30,804 nt of DNA from a virus (IMGVR_UViG_3300012953_000127:1-30804), one strand, 5' to 3'. Shown: positions 17,347 through 26,993, counted from the first letter of the stretch. The notes: generated by a model from the sequence alone, not told the origin. Made by a program: numbers and translations.

Positions 17347-20300
17347 ATGGATTTTACTACACGAAATTGGTTTAGCTATTTAGGAAGCAATATAAGAATA
17401 GATGAGGGAGTCCGAGACATTGGGCTCACCGAAATGATTGCAGACTTTATTGAGTCTGCGCTATACGATGCGCCCGAGAGCGCAAAGACGTGGATGGGGC
17501 ACATGTGGAAGCGAACGCATCTCCACCAGTACATGCCCCGCATACAAATGCAGCGCCTTCGCTTTGAAACAATGGAGCCGCTGCTGTCTGCTCTTGACTA
17601 CTACACAGCCGGCACGAAGCCAGACGATCTACCTTTAGATGAGCCCACCCCAGACGTTCAGTTTGAGAGCATACTTAAAGAAGGTGTAGAGTGGAGCGCC
17701 GAGAAAGCCGACCGCACCAAGCTAATACTCAAGAACATCAACCGAACCATTAAAGATGAGTCTTTGGGCAAGTGGCCGAGAGCTTTTAAGAAGGCTGTGA
17801 AGAACCTTAGCAAGCTGGGACTCAAGAGCGAGGTGGTTGAGTTTGTCCAAGAGGTGTTACAGAACACAGAAGATCGCGCGTGGAAAGCATTTGAGACACG
17901 CTTCCGTGATACCTTCACGTTCTTAAACCTACATCCAGACAACATCAGAGTTATTAACGAGTATAAGCTCATGATTGGCGCTGATGAAAAAGCCGAAGAA
18001 GAACTATCAGAGATGGAAGATCCCGATCAGATCCTTCACAAGTTTGATGATGGCTCGTATTGGTATGATCTACAGGCAGGTTCGTGCGACATTGAAGGCG
18101 AGCGAATGGGACACTGCGGTGCTGGACAAAGCGGGGGCAACCTTTACTCTCTCCGTAAACCCGAAGGCAAGCGCGGCAAGTCTAAGTCGTTCGTGACGCT
18201 TGAAATGGGCGACGGAGATCAAGGCGAGACTGTCTATCAAATCAAAGGCAGAGGCAACAGCGCACCCCCCGAAGCCACGTGGGATCACATCGTGTGGTTT
18301 ATAGATAATATGGGCATTCAAGCTGTAGAAGAGCAAGGCGAGTATTCCGACAATCCCGAAGATTTCCAAGAGATGAATGACTATCTTGAGAGCAGAACCG
18401 GTGTCAGTTTTAGCGGCAATCGCCAAACCCGCGTCGACGAGCTTGAGAACGAGCTTCAAAATCTTGGCTACCAACTGGACGGACTTGAGCGCAGCGAAGT
18501 GTATTTTGAAATCTCTGACTATGGTGAAGACGAGGGTCAAATCTATGTGGATGCGTCAGTTGAAGCCACAATAGAAATCGATCTTGGCTGGCCAATGTTC
18601 TTTGAAACCAAAGGCGGCTACATTGCGATGGATAAACAAGGTAATCCAATCACTGGCTTGCAAATGATCCCGACAACTTATACCCAGCAGAACGAGTTTT
18701 TGAGTGATGTGGGTATTGATGCTATTGCTGAGGACGAGCTTCCAGGCGAACTTAACGACATCAACCTTGAGTTTAGGATGTTGCAGGGAGTGGTGCCTGA
18801 CGATTACGACGGCGAGGAAGATTATCCCGAGACAGCACATTTAATTGTTACGATAAGCAAGTCATCCGTAATTGAGGATGAAGAAAGACAGGGAGGCTAT
18901 AGTGCCGCAAGCGAGTGTGCGAGTTTCCAACAAACTGTGCAAGATGAATTTGACGAAGAAGACAAGTATAAGCAACACGTCAGATCTATCCAGGCAGAGC
19001 TTCAAGCTGAAGAATACATGCAGCAGAACGCATACGTTAAAGATATGGGCAAGCTTGAAAAGATCAATGAGCTTAAACATTGGAGCGTTCACGTTGATAG
19101 TTCTGAAGCTAAACTTACCTTCATCGATGAGAAAAACGACGGCAACGTCGGCAACACGCTGCCCACAGGACTTGCGATGCCCACCGAGGCGATGATTTAT
19201 CTGACTGCTGCCGAGCGATCTGACGCAAATAGCGTCACAAGGATGATGTTTCCAAACTACCGCACCAGCGCACGAATGGTTACAGCTCCATCGTTAGACT
19301 CACAGATGGCAACTCGCCTTAACGATGCTTATGGGTCAGCCCAGCGAGCAAAGATGGCTGCGTCTGGACAAGAGGAGTTTGACTTTGGACCTCAGTATGA
19401 GCAAAAGCCTACGATGGAGCTTGCGAAAGACATTCAGTTGGTTATTTATCCGAAGGTTAGATACGATGTAAGAGAGCCAGAACGCGTTCCCACTCTTTCG
19501 TTTGACTTCTTCTTTCAAATCCGTGTTGACTATGGTGATGACGTGGAGGAGATTGATCGCGTGCTGGCTATGGCTAAACACATCAACGACAACCCCACCA
19601 TCGTGCGCGAGGCTGTGCGAGATATTATCGCAGTGCCGATGAGCGAGCTAAATGATGGTGTCCAGGCACGCAAGCATTTGATGCTAAACCCCAACACTGC
19701 GGTTACTTATTATAATGAGATGGATAGTAAGTTTGGCGCCTCCGCTGATGCCGGCAACGATGACGATGAGCGCCGTATGCTTATAGCGATGTGGATCCGC
19801 GACAACTATGCAGAGATGGACGAAATTGAGAAGTTTGTGGCTTACTATAAATACATAGAGCCCATGTTGGGGAGAGCAGGCGCAGTGTTCCGCATCTTTG
19901 GAGCCAACGCAGCTATCAATCCCGAGACAGGCGAGCCACGTGCTTGGTGGGATCTAGTCCAGAACGAGCGCCAGCGCCGTGGTGTTGGTCTGGCGAGTAG
20001 TGAGGCGCCAGTCAACGAGAGTATCGAAGATCAGATCGCAAGAATAGACGCACTGCTGAATGAAAGGGCACCAATTGATCTCCGTATTTATAAAGTAGAC
20101 ATAGGATGCAAGGTTGACACAGAGATAGCCGGCACAGACAAACAAATTGAAGACCAAATTAGAGGCACCCATAAGGTCACCACAGTGAGGCACTTGTCGG
20201 GCTTTCAAAAACAATTAACTCCAAATAGCGTATATCGTATTTATCAAATTAAATTTGAAATGTACGGGCAAGCTTCCCGCGACGAATTTAGAGATCTTGT

Positions 20301-20790
20301 TTTAATGCCTGCCATAAACAGCAAGCAAGTTGTTGGTGTCAATACTTTTGGACATGTCGGGCAGGTGACGTCAGTGGACAACCCGTTGCGCGAGTGGGGC
20401 GGTCTTGGATATGATGGCGCCATGGCACCTGAGCCATCCCCAAAGATGCCAACTCCTGCTGTCGGTCTTGGATCGGTTATAGAAGATTGGGCAGAGGGAG
20501 GCGTAAGAATTTATGACACGCCAATGAACACCAACCAAATGCAATATCACGTTATGATGGATGTTGATGATTTGTGGCAGTATTGTAGCCGCTATTACCG
20601 TGGAACAAAAACAGACTTTGATGGCAGATATAAGAACTTCATTAGACTTGGCGCGCAAATGCCTGTTTATATCGCACTAGGTCAGAACGGAAGAGCAAAG
20701 ATTACAGGCAACGAAGACTTGATATGGTTCGCAAAAGAAGCAGGCGAAGATCAAGTGCCTGTGTTCTTCAGTTATCAAAAGCAGGTTTAA
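17347..20790 (+). CDS. Large acidic multidomain protein (PcfJ-like domain, C-terminal ParB-like domain), probable virion-associated
   Basis: EGERMGHC..LYSLR..FVTLE..QIKGRGN..P (PcfJ-like); PVYIALG...KITGNEDL..AKEAG.DQVPV (ParB/Srx-like, degenerate). Confidence 0.6.
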   Translation: MDFTTRNWFSYLGSNIRIDEGVRDIGLTEMIADFIESALYDAPESAKTWMGHMWKRTHLHQYMPRIQMQRLRFETMEPLLSALDYYTAGTKPDDLPLDEPTPDVQFESILKEGVEWSAEKADRTKLILKNINRTIKDESLGKWPRAFKKAVKNLSKLGLKSEVVEFVQEVLQNTEDRAWKAFETRFRDTFTFLNLHPDNIRVINEYKLMIGADEKAEEELSEMEDPDQILHKFDDGSYWYDLQAGSCDIEGERMGHCGAGQSGGNLYSLRKPEGKRGKSKSFVTLEMGDGDQGETVYQIKGRGNSAPPEATWDHIVWFIDNMGIQAVEEQGEYSDNPEDFQEMNDYLESRTGVSFSGNRQTRVDELENELQNLGYQLDGLERSEVYFEISDYGEDEGQIYVDASVEATIEIDLGWPMFFETKGGYIAMDKQGNPITGLQMIPTTYTQQNEFLSDVGIDAIAEDELPGELNDINLEFRMLQGVVPDDYDGEEDYPETAHLIVTISKSSVIEDEERQGGYSAASECASFQQTVQDEFDEEDKYKQHVRSIQAELQAEEYMQQNAYVKDMGKLEKINELKHWSVHVDSSEAKLTFIDEKNDGNVGNTLPTGLAMPTEAMIYLTAAERSDANSVTRMMFPNYRTSARMVTAPSLDSQMATRLNDAYGSAQRAKMAASGQEEFDFGPQYEQKPTMELAKDIQLVIYPKVRYDVREPERVPTLSFDFFFQIRVDYGDDVEEIDRVLAMAKHINDNPTIVREAVRDIIAVPMSELNDGVQARKHLMLNPNTAVTYYNEMDSKFGASADAGNDDDERRMLIAMWIRDNYAEMDEIEKFVAYYKYIEPMLGRAGAVFRIFGANAAINPETGEPRAWWDLVQNERQRRGVGLASSEAPVNESIEDQIARIDALLNERAPIDLRIYKVDIGCKVDTEIAGTDKQIEDQIRGTHKVTTVRHLSGFQKQLTPNSVYRIYQIKFEMYGQASRDEFRDLVLMPAINSKQVVGVNTFGHVGQVTSVDNPLREWGGLGYDGAMAPEPSPKMPTPAVGLGSVIEDWAEGGVRIYDTPMNTNQMQYHVMMDVDDLWQYCSRYYRGTKTDFDGRYKNFIRLGAQMPVYIALGQNGRAKITGNEDLIWFAKEAGEDQVPVFFSYQKQV

Positions 20791-20793
20791 GAA

Positions 20794-21621
20794 ATGCTAA
20801 AGAAAATACTGACGACTCTAAAGATAGCTTTACAGGTAGTGTCAGTTGCGCTTCTGGGGTTTGCTATCAGTCTCGGTATTCATATCAGCGTAAGCGAAAG
20901 CATCCGGATGCCGACTGCATCTGAGATGGGTTCGCTGGATAATGTTTCGGATGATTTGAACTCTAAAGAATCGAGAACGGTTGATCTTTCTCGCCAAAGC
21001 ATTGTTCAAGTATTGACCACAACAGAAAAAAGAAGTGGTTTTTCAAAAATGTCTGGCACATATGTGACTTATGGTGATAGATTCTATGTCATAACGGCTG
21101 CTCATGGGGTCCACGGGGACTGCGAATATTTCTTTGCTGCTACAAATAACGATGTATATGAATGCATCAGATATATTTTAGTCGACCAAACAGTCGATTA
21201 TGCAATTGTTGAAGTCGAACAGATACCGGAACGCCAACCAGTTAAACTTAGCCAAGCAATTCCAAGCAATCCAGAATGGAGACAAGAAACTTCTGCACTT
21301 AACGAAGTCTTTTATACCGGCTACCCGAACGGGCTTGGTCCACTGACTTTTAGAGGATCTGTTGCAGGAATGTCAGAGCAAAATTATATACTCCTGCATT
21401 CATACGCATGGCCAGGATCCTCTGGTGCTGGTGTATTTAGCTATGATGGCAATATGATAGGGATTGTCATAGCCTTGAACGTAGGATTTACCGCAGCAGG
21501 CTATGACGTACTTGAGGATCTAGTTATAGTTACGCCGTTGTTTATGATTGATTGGGATACAGCTTATGATATTATGAATGAGCCCGCGCCTTCAGGCGAC
21601 ACAGGAGACACCGGACAGTGA
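20794..21621 (+). CDS. Trypsin-like serine protease with an N-terminal membrane anchor
   Basis: ITAAH (His), DYAIV (Asp), PGSSGAGV (Ser); N-terminal hydrophobic helix. Confidence 0.88.
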   Translation: MLKKILTTLKIALQVVSVALLGFAISLGIHISVSESIRMPTASEMGSLDNVSDDLNSKESRTVDLSRQSIVQVLTTTEKRSGFSKMSGTYVTYGDRFYVITAAHGVHGDCEYFFAATNNDVYECIRYILVDQTVDYAIVEVEQIPERQPVKLSQAIPSNPEWRQETSALNEVFYTGYPNGLGPLTFRGSVAGMSEQNYILLHSYAWPGSSGAGVFSYDGNMIGIVIALNVGFTAAGYDVLEDLVIVTPLFMIDWDTAYDIMNEPAPSGDTGDTGQ

Positions 21622-21653
21622 AAAAAACCCCAAAAGTATGTTATACTACGCTT

Positions 21654-21845
21654 GTGAGTAAACTTGAAGCGATGGATAGCGAAATAATGAAACTTAAAGA
21701 ACAGATTAAGCAACTTAAAAGCTGCTTTGTAACTGACGATGAAGTGTGCCAGGATGAGATAGACGCAGATCGCGCCGCTTATGAGGCTATTAGCGACATA
21801 TGTTTAGATGCGCTGTTGGACATCGAGCCGAAAGGCGATGCGTGA
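21654..21845 (+). CDS. Small hypothetical protein (start uncertain)
   Basis: Coiled-coil N-terminus, acidic C-terminus. An upstream TGtTATACT (21639-21647) looks like an extended -10, suggesting a start later than 21618. Confidence 0.55.
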   Translation: MSKLEAMDSEIMKLKEQIKQLKSCFVTDDEVCQDEIDADRAAYEAISDICLDALLDIEPKGDA

Positions 21846-22174
21846 TGGCGCCCGAAGACAAAGAGTTCTCGACGGAAGCCGAGGACTTAAAGCCCAAGAA
21901 GCCGAGCAACAGAGCACCCGAGGGCATTAGAACATTCACTGTTTGCCGCCAGAGCGACGAGACTGGCATCTCGGGCGAAGGCGTTGTTATCGAAGGCGCA
22001 ACCTTCGCGACAGGACACACGGTCATCCATTGGCTGACGCCTGCTCCACGTGGTAGTATCGCGTTCTTCGATGCGTTTGATGATTTCCTCAAGATACATA
22101 TTAAGCCGCATCCAACAAACAAGACGATTATCACGTTTGAAGATGGAGAGCAGACTATTTATGATGGAGGATAA
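21845..22174 (+). CDS. Conserved phage hypothetical protein
   Basis: R..D.TGISG.G.V.EG..F..G..V..W pattern recalled from other phage hypotheticals; TGATG coupling. Confidence 0.7.
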   Translation: MAPEDKEFSTEAEDLKPKKPSNRAPEGIRTFTVCRQSDETGISGEGVVIEGATFATGHTVIHWLTPAPRGSIAFFDAFDDFLKIHIKPHPTNKTIITFEDGEQTIYDGG

Positions 22175-22176
22175 AG

Positions 22177-22638
22177 ATGAGTTATAAATACGTCCAATCG
22201 CGAACCACTCTAACAGAGCTGCCCGATGATATTGCTAATATTCCAAACGATACAGGTGGAGGCGATGTTATTAAATTTGGCGCCGGTCCTAGTGGTGGCT
22301 CAACAACAGCAGGAAAGCTCTATTATCTCGACACAGACGGACAATGGGAGCTGGCAGATGCAGACGCCCTCGCCACAAGCGGCGTTCTTTTGGCAATTGC
22401 TGTCGGAACAGACCCATCAACTGATGGAATGTTAATTCGCGGACTATTTGACATGCACTCCAACTTCATAGGTACGTTCAACGAAGGGGTGCCCGTGTAT
22501 GTATCGACAACAGCGGGCTCCATTTCGGTTAGCGCCCCCAGTGGCGGAGGAGACATTGTAAGAATAATCGGCTTTTGCACCACAACTGCGAACGTAATCT
22601 ATTTTAACCCAAGCAATAACACACTGGAGCTTTCCTAA
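22177..22638 (+). CDS. Probable virion structural (decoration/fibre-associated) protein
   Basis: Gly/Thr-rich beta protein (W.LADAD, VYVSTTAG, PSG.GDIVRIIG, IYFNP); GGAGG SD. Confidence 0.55.
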   Translation: MSYKYVQSRTTLTELPDDIANIPNDTGGGDVIKFGAGPSGGSTTAGKLYYLDTDGQWELADADALATSGVLLAIAVGTDPSTDGMLIRGLFDMHSNFIGTFNEGVPVYVSTTAGSISVSAPSGGGDIVRIIGFCTTTANVIYFNPSNNTLELS

Positions 22639-23822
22639 TGGGGATCATAAGCAGGGTCAGGGGCATTCTATGGGCTCGCGTAGCCAAGGTTAACGGCATT
22701 GCCAAAGCTAGTATTGCTAGGATGGATGCCGAACAGCCGTCTAGTGATTCGCCTGGAGATACTTTTCGCGTAGCAATGATGGTGGGCAACTCTGGCGTTA
22801 TTGAGTGGAACACCGGCTCGCTTGATAATGATGATCATTGGATCCGCCTCGACACAGGTGGCGATGTCCACCGCGATATAACCTGGGGCTATGATGAGGA
22901 TGGAACAGAGTGCTGGATTATATCTACTAATAAGACTGCGCGCCCCGTTATTGTGGCCAAATCAGACGGTTCTGATAATTGGGTGCCGTCAGGAAGTTCT
23001 AACTGGGCAGCGGTCAAGCCATCCGGCGGCCCTTGGTCAGGGACGTGGAACTTTCGCGGATACCGATGTGCCCGAGGTGACCATACCAACAATAACCGCG
23101 CAACCTTCATGATGGGTGGAATGAACAACTCTATATTGTCTACCTATGTTGCAGGAGGCATTACTGATGGCGCCAATTGGTCACAGCAGTATCGAGCCTT
23201 TGACGCTAGCGCAGCCAATGGCGCCATTTACGGTTTAGCGTGGAACCGGGAGTCAGCAGACGCAGACTCTATTTTTGCCCTCACTATCGGCAACGATGTG
23301 TGGATGAGTACCAACGGAACTGGCTCTGGTGATGGAGGTGATTGGCAAATGGTATTTCAAAGTCCAGGCTCTTCTGTCACCACTATGTGGAACCTTCAAT
23401 ATGGAAACGATGTCTGGGTTGGTGGAGGAACGAACTCCCAAGGCAAAGGTAACCTGACCGGCTCAGGGGGAGGCACAGGATCCTGGGGACATTTTGCACG
23501 TCCAGCCAATCGAGGTATGCGAGGAGCAGCAACTAACATGTCAGGCAACTGGGTAATGGGCGGCAACGATGGCTATATTTGGTACAGCTCAGATGATGCG
23601 GCATCTTGGTCGGAAGTTAGAGTGCCTGAGAATGATGGCAGCTCTACATATCGCGATTGGTATGATGTAGCCTATGATAACGATGGAACTTGGGTAGCTT
23701 GTGGCGAACGAGCATACGCCGTTAGCACGGACAATGGCCAAACTTGGGCGACTTCCAATGGCTTGGCAGGTAACACTACGTACAACGCCATAGCATTTAA
23801 TGTGACAAATACATCACAATAG
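22638..23822 (+). CDS. BNR/Asp-box repeat beta-propeller protein, probable receptor-binding or fibre protein
   Basis: Asp-box-like SSDDAASW and STDNGQTW; recurring YG...WV.gG blades; Gly/Ser/Asn/Trp-rich. Confidence 0.65.
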   Translation: MGIISRVRGILWARVAKVNGIAKASIARMDAEQPSSDSPGDTFRVAMMVGNSGVIEWNTGSLDNDDHWIRLDTGGDVHRDITWGYDEDGTECWIISTNKTARPVIVAKSDGSDNWVPSGSSNWAAVKPSGGPWSGTWNFRGYRCARGDHTNNNRATFMMGGMNNSILSTYVAGGITDGANWSQQYRAFDASAANGAIYGLAWNRESADADSIFALTIGNDVWMSTNGTGSGDGGDWQMVFQSPGSSVTTMWNLQYGNDVWVGGGTNSQGKGNLTGSGGGTGSWGHFARPANRGMRGAATNMSGNWVMGGNDGYIWYSSDDAASWSEVRVPENDGSSTYRDWYDVAYDNDGTWVACGERAYAVSTDNGQTWATSNGLAGNTTYNAIAFNVTNTSQ

Positions 23823-23830
23823 GAGTATAT

Positions 23831-24073
23831 ATGACCGATTCACAGTTAGCCGATGTGTTGCTTGAGATTCTAGATGAAGGAATGTTTAACGACTTTTACA
23901 TGAGAGGCGACCACAACAAGAATGAAGTAAGGCGCCTCATGGTAGAGAAAGGCGTAGGCAATGAGCAAGTTAGTGATATTCAGGAACGCTATGAAATCCA
24001 ATCCGAAGTCACTTTTACTGAAGTTTTAGCCTATTTAATAGAGAACTTAAATCCAGGGACAGAAATACCATGA
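23831..24073 (+). CDS. Hypothetical protein
   Basis: AGGAG SD; tightly packed. Confidence 0.7.
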   Translation: MTDSQLADVLLEILDEGMFNDFYMRGDHNKNEVRRLMVEKGVGNEQVSDIQERYEIQSEVTFTEVLAYLIENLNPGTEIP

Positions 24074-25014
24074 GCACGTGGCAAGACTTTATTAACGAGG
24101 GTAATCCTAAATATCGGGCCCGAGTTAAGCCGAAAAGACTAACGCAAGATATGAATAAATATCTCAAGGGCGGCTCCAAAAAAGCGCAAGGCGGCAGTCC
24201 GTTCAAGAAAGCTAAATATAGCTTCAAAGGTAAAAGCTTTAATGATATTTCTGCGCCTGCACTAGAGGAAGTTGTTGAGCCTGAAACATTTGAAAAGCAC
24301 GATGAGCTTAATCCTAAATACTGGACAGGCGACAAGCTGAATCGGAACATCTCTAAGCGCCTGATGAAGATTGCAAAAAGGTTCTTGGAAGGGCTTGAGT
24401 TGCCTGTCGAACACGCGGCAGGCGAAGGCTTGATGACCGCACTTGTAGAGGATTTGCGCTTTACTGGAAGTCTCGCTAACTACAACTGGTCGAAATACTC
24501 AGACATAGACCTCCACATAGTCATAGACTTCTCTAAAATTGATGAGAATGTAGAACTAGTTAAAGGTTTTTTTGACGCAGCCAGGATGCGCTGGAACGAT
24601 TTGCACGACATAACGATTTATGGCGCCGAGGTTGAGATTTACGTAGAGAACATAGGCGAGCCTCATAAGTCATCGGGGATTTACTCGATACTAAACAAAG
24701 AATGGATTGTCCAACCTGATCCCGACAAGGTTGATATTGATTATGACACCGCACTAATTAAGAGTGAAGACTGCGTTAAGCAGATTCAGTTTGTTGAGCA
24801 AATACTAGTTAGAGATCCCCGCGCAGCCCTCAATTCAATTGAGAGACTAAAGAAAAAGATTAGAAGAATGAGAAAGGCGGGATTAGACAGCCCAGCCCAA
24901 GAGTATTCATCAGAAAATATAGCATTTAAGATACTTCGTAGAGAGGGGGAGCTTGACAAACTTAGCGATATGAAGTATGATGCTTATGATAAAATTTTAT
25001 CGATAGGAGAATAA
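24070..25014 (+). CDS. Pol-beta-superfamily nucleotidyltransferase
   Basis: hGS...DhD motif (FTGSLANYNWSKYSDIDLHIV) and a third acidic strand (VEIYVE). Confidence 0.8.
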   Translation: MSTWQDFINEGNPKYRARVKPKRLTQDMNKYLKGGSKKAQGGSPFKKAKYSFKGKSFNDISAPALEEVVEPETFEKHDELNPKYWTGDKLNRNISKRLMKIAKRFLEGLELPVEHAAGEGLMTALVEDLRFTGSLANYNWSKYSDIDLHIVIDFSKIDENVELVKGFFDAARMRWNDLHDITIYGAEVEIYVENIGEPHKSSGIYSILNKEWIVQPDPDKVDIDYDTALIKSEDCVKQIQFVEQILVRDPRAALNSIERLKKKIRRMRKAGLDSPAQEYSSENIAFKILRREGELDKLSDMKYDAYDKILSIGE

Positions 25015-25260
25015 ATGAAACTTTCAGAGATCGACACAAATATGAGAATTCCGCCCCTGGCGGGCAGATACATCTTCCACGAGCCGACGCAGAAAATTGT
25101 GTTATGTGGCAAGGTAGACAGAGAAAAGAATGAGGTAGTTTATATGCTTGGGTCTAGTGTTCGTAAAGACTCAATTGAAAACTTCAGACTCATTAAGCTG
25201 TCAGAAAAGGAAAAGCGCGACCGGATTGCCAATCGGGGCTGCCGAAGTTGCGGAAAATGA
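25015..25260 (+). CDS. Hypothetical protein
   Basis: AGGAG SD; C-terminal CRSC. Confidence 0.65.
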   Translation: MKLSEIDTNMRIPPLAGRYIFHEPTQKIVLCGKVDREKNEVVYMLGSSVRKDSIENFRLIKLSEKEKRDRIANRGCRSCGK

Positions 25261-25526
25261 GCCAAGGCAGCTATTTTGTAATTAAAGATAGCCTCTTTGA
25301 TAAGACTGAAAAGGCTGCTGCTGAATTTGGCGGCAACATGATAATGATGCATGCCATCCAAGAATGTATTTTGTTTCTGGAAAAAGCACAGAAAGAATAC
25401 GACAATGCGGTAACGACTGAGGATGCAAAATTAGCCAATCAGAAAAAAATAGAAATACAGAGCTATCAGTCTTCTTTAATGTTAACGGCTCATGTTTTGG
25501 CATCTGACGAGGATACTGCCACATGA
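25257..25526 (+). CDS. Hypothetical protein
   Basis: ATGA overlaps on both ends. Confidence 0.65.
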   Translation: MSQGSYFVIKDSLFDKTEKAAAEFGGNMIMMHAIQECILFLEKAQKEYDNAVTTEDAKLANQKKIEIQSYQSSLMLTAHVLASDEDTAT

Positions 25527-25786
25527 CAAAGATATATATATACTGTCTTTTTGATACGATGGATAGCTTTATCGGAGTGTACTCCTCTCTTAAAACAGTG
25601 CATCGCGATGCGCTTAAACTGTCAAATCGCGGCTCTACGGGTGTATATTTATTTTATGATGATAAGCGCGTGGCACCGACATTGACGGCACTTAGAAATG
25701 TCTTTAAGGGTCAGTGCGATTATTATGTCAGCTATAAGAGCAGCGGAGCATCTATCAAAATTTATAAGACCAAGCTAAAGGATTGA
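25523..25786 (+). CDS. Hypothetical protein
   Basis: GAGGA SD; ATGA overlap. Confidence 0.65.
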   Translation: MTKIYIYCLFDTMDSFIGVYSSLKTVHRDALKLSNRGSTGVYLFYDDKRVAPTLTALRNVFKGQCDYYVSYKSSGASIKIYKTKLKD

Positions 25787-25788
25787 TA

Positions 25789-26043
25789 ATGTCTACTTAC
25801 ATCGTTTATGGAATATCAGATTGCCCCGCGTGTCTTCGCGCATGCGCCGATCTCATGGAGGCTGACAATGAATATGTGTTTGTCGAAATGGATTTTTCAA
25901 AATCATACCGAGAATATATAAAAGATCGCCATCGATGGCCCACGCTTCCGATTATCATACGTCAAAGTTACAATACTACCGTAAGAATTGGCGGCTACGA
26001 TCAGTTAAAAGAATATATGAAGAACCCTGGCTCACTAACGTGA
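25789..26043 (+). CDS. Glutaredoxin
   Basis: CPAC active site, WPTLPII, IGGYDQL. Confidence 0.85.
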   Translation: MSTYIVYGISDCPACLRACADLMEADNEYVFVEMDFSKSYREYIKDRHRWPTLPIIIRQSYNTTVRIGGYDQLKEYMKNPGSLT

Positions 26044-26053
26044 TAGTTACTAT

Positions 26054-26284
26054 GTGGACTATAAAGTGGGACAACTTATCAGATGGATTGAGGACTGGAA
26101 CACCTACATGGCTTCCGACACTGGTGAGGTGCGGGGTTTAGAACCAAACTATCGCCACGCAATCATCACAAGCGTGGCATACGACAACAGCAGTGTAGTG
26201 GCTTATTGCTTTGACTGCAAAATGTTGGACTGGGTTGTCCTCAGTCCTTCAATGGATAACTTTCAAATAATCAGCGAGGATTAA
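26054..26284 (+). CDS. Small SH3/KOW-like protein
   Basis: YKVGQLIRW start and FQIISE end; paralog of the 29.6-30.2 kb genes. Confidence 0.65.
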   Translation: MDYKVGQLIRWIEDWNTYMASDTGEVRGLEPNYRHAIITSVAYDNSSVVAYCFDCKMLDWVVLSPSMDNFQIISED

Positions 26285-26288
26285 AAAA

Positions 26289-26570
26289 ATGGCAAACTTA
26301 TTTTGGAACGATGAAAAGGCGTCGAGAGACGATGCCCGCAAAGGCTTAATGGAATACATAGCAGACATTTGGGAAGATAGATTCACAGTCAACTTTCACT
26401 CTGATGACGGCGGGCACATGATCCAGGCTGTGTTAGAGTTTGATGATACAGATGAGATTATGGACACCGCGCTACGCAATAAGTTTCCAGCCAAGTTTAT
26501 GGGCTGGCGCATGGTCGTGCTTAAAGTTCCTCGCGGCCACATCGATGTGTTTTTCAAAGACAAAAAATAG
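26289..26570 (+). CDS. Hypothetical protein
   Basis: GAGGA SD; tightly packed. Confidence 0.7.
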   Translation: MANLFWNDEKASRDDARKGLMEYIADIWEDRFTVNFHSDDGGHMIQAVLEFDDTDEIMDTALRNKFPAKFMGWRMVVLKVPRGHIDVFFKDKK

Positions 26571-26599
26571 TTGACTTCAATTTAATTCAGTGCTATAGT
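26571..26599 (+). promoter_or_regulatory. Sigma70-type promoter
   Basis: TTGACT-17bp-TATAGT with an extended TG, followed by AGGAGG SD. Confidence 0.8.
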
Positions 26600-26617
26600 A
26601 ATACTTTAGGAGGACAA

Positions 26618-26986
26618 ATGCCAGTGCAAGTTGGTGATCTTGTCGGTTTCTATCGCCGCAAGACCCCAGGAATGGGGATCATATTACAAAAGGTAGATAA
26701 CATTTTAGAACACGCAGGAGTTGATGAGAGTGTTGCATTTCAGATTGCAGAGAACGCGCAAGGCAGAACATATTGGGAAAAGAAAAGTGCAATCCAGGAT
26801 CTATGTGACGGTCAGCAGGTGCACTCAACATCGCTAAAGTTGTTTTTTCAGTACAACGAAAAATGGTGTCGCAAGCCAAAAACTAGTTTTGTTAAAATCA
26901 AATGGTTTAAGCAGCCAGGGGCATACGAGGGCAGAATGACAGAGAAGGAAGGCTGGTATCCTGCGGATTGGGTGAGGAGCAAGTAG
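26618..26986 (+). CDS. SH3/KOW-like protein with an internal insertion
   Basis: VQVGDLV...GMGIIL ... VKIKWF ... GWYPADWV. Confidence 0.65.
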   Translation: MPVQVGDLVGFYRRKTPGMGIILQKVDNILEHAGVDESVAFQIAENAQGRTYWEKKSAIQDLCDGQQVHSTSLKLFFQYNEKWCRKPKTSFVKIKWFKQPGAYEGRMTEKEGWYPADWVRSK

Positions 26987-26993
26987 TTACTAT

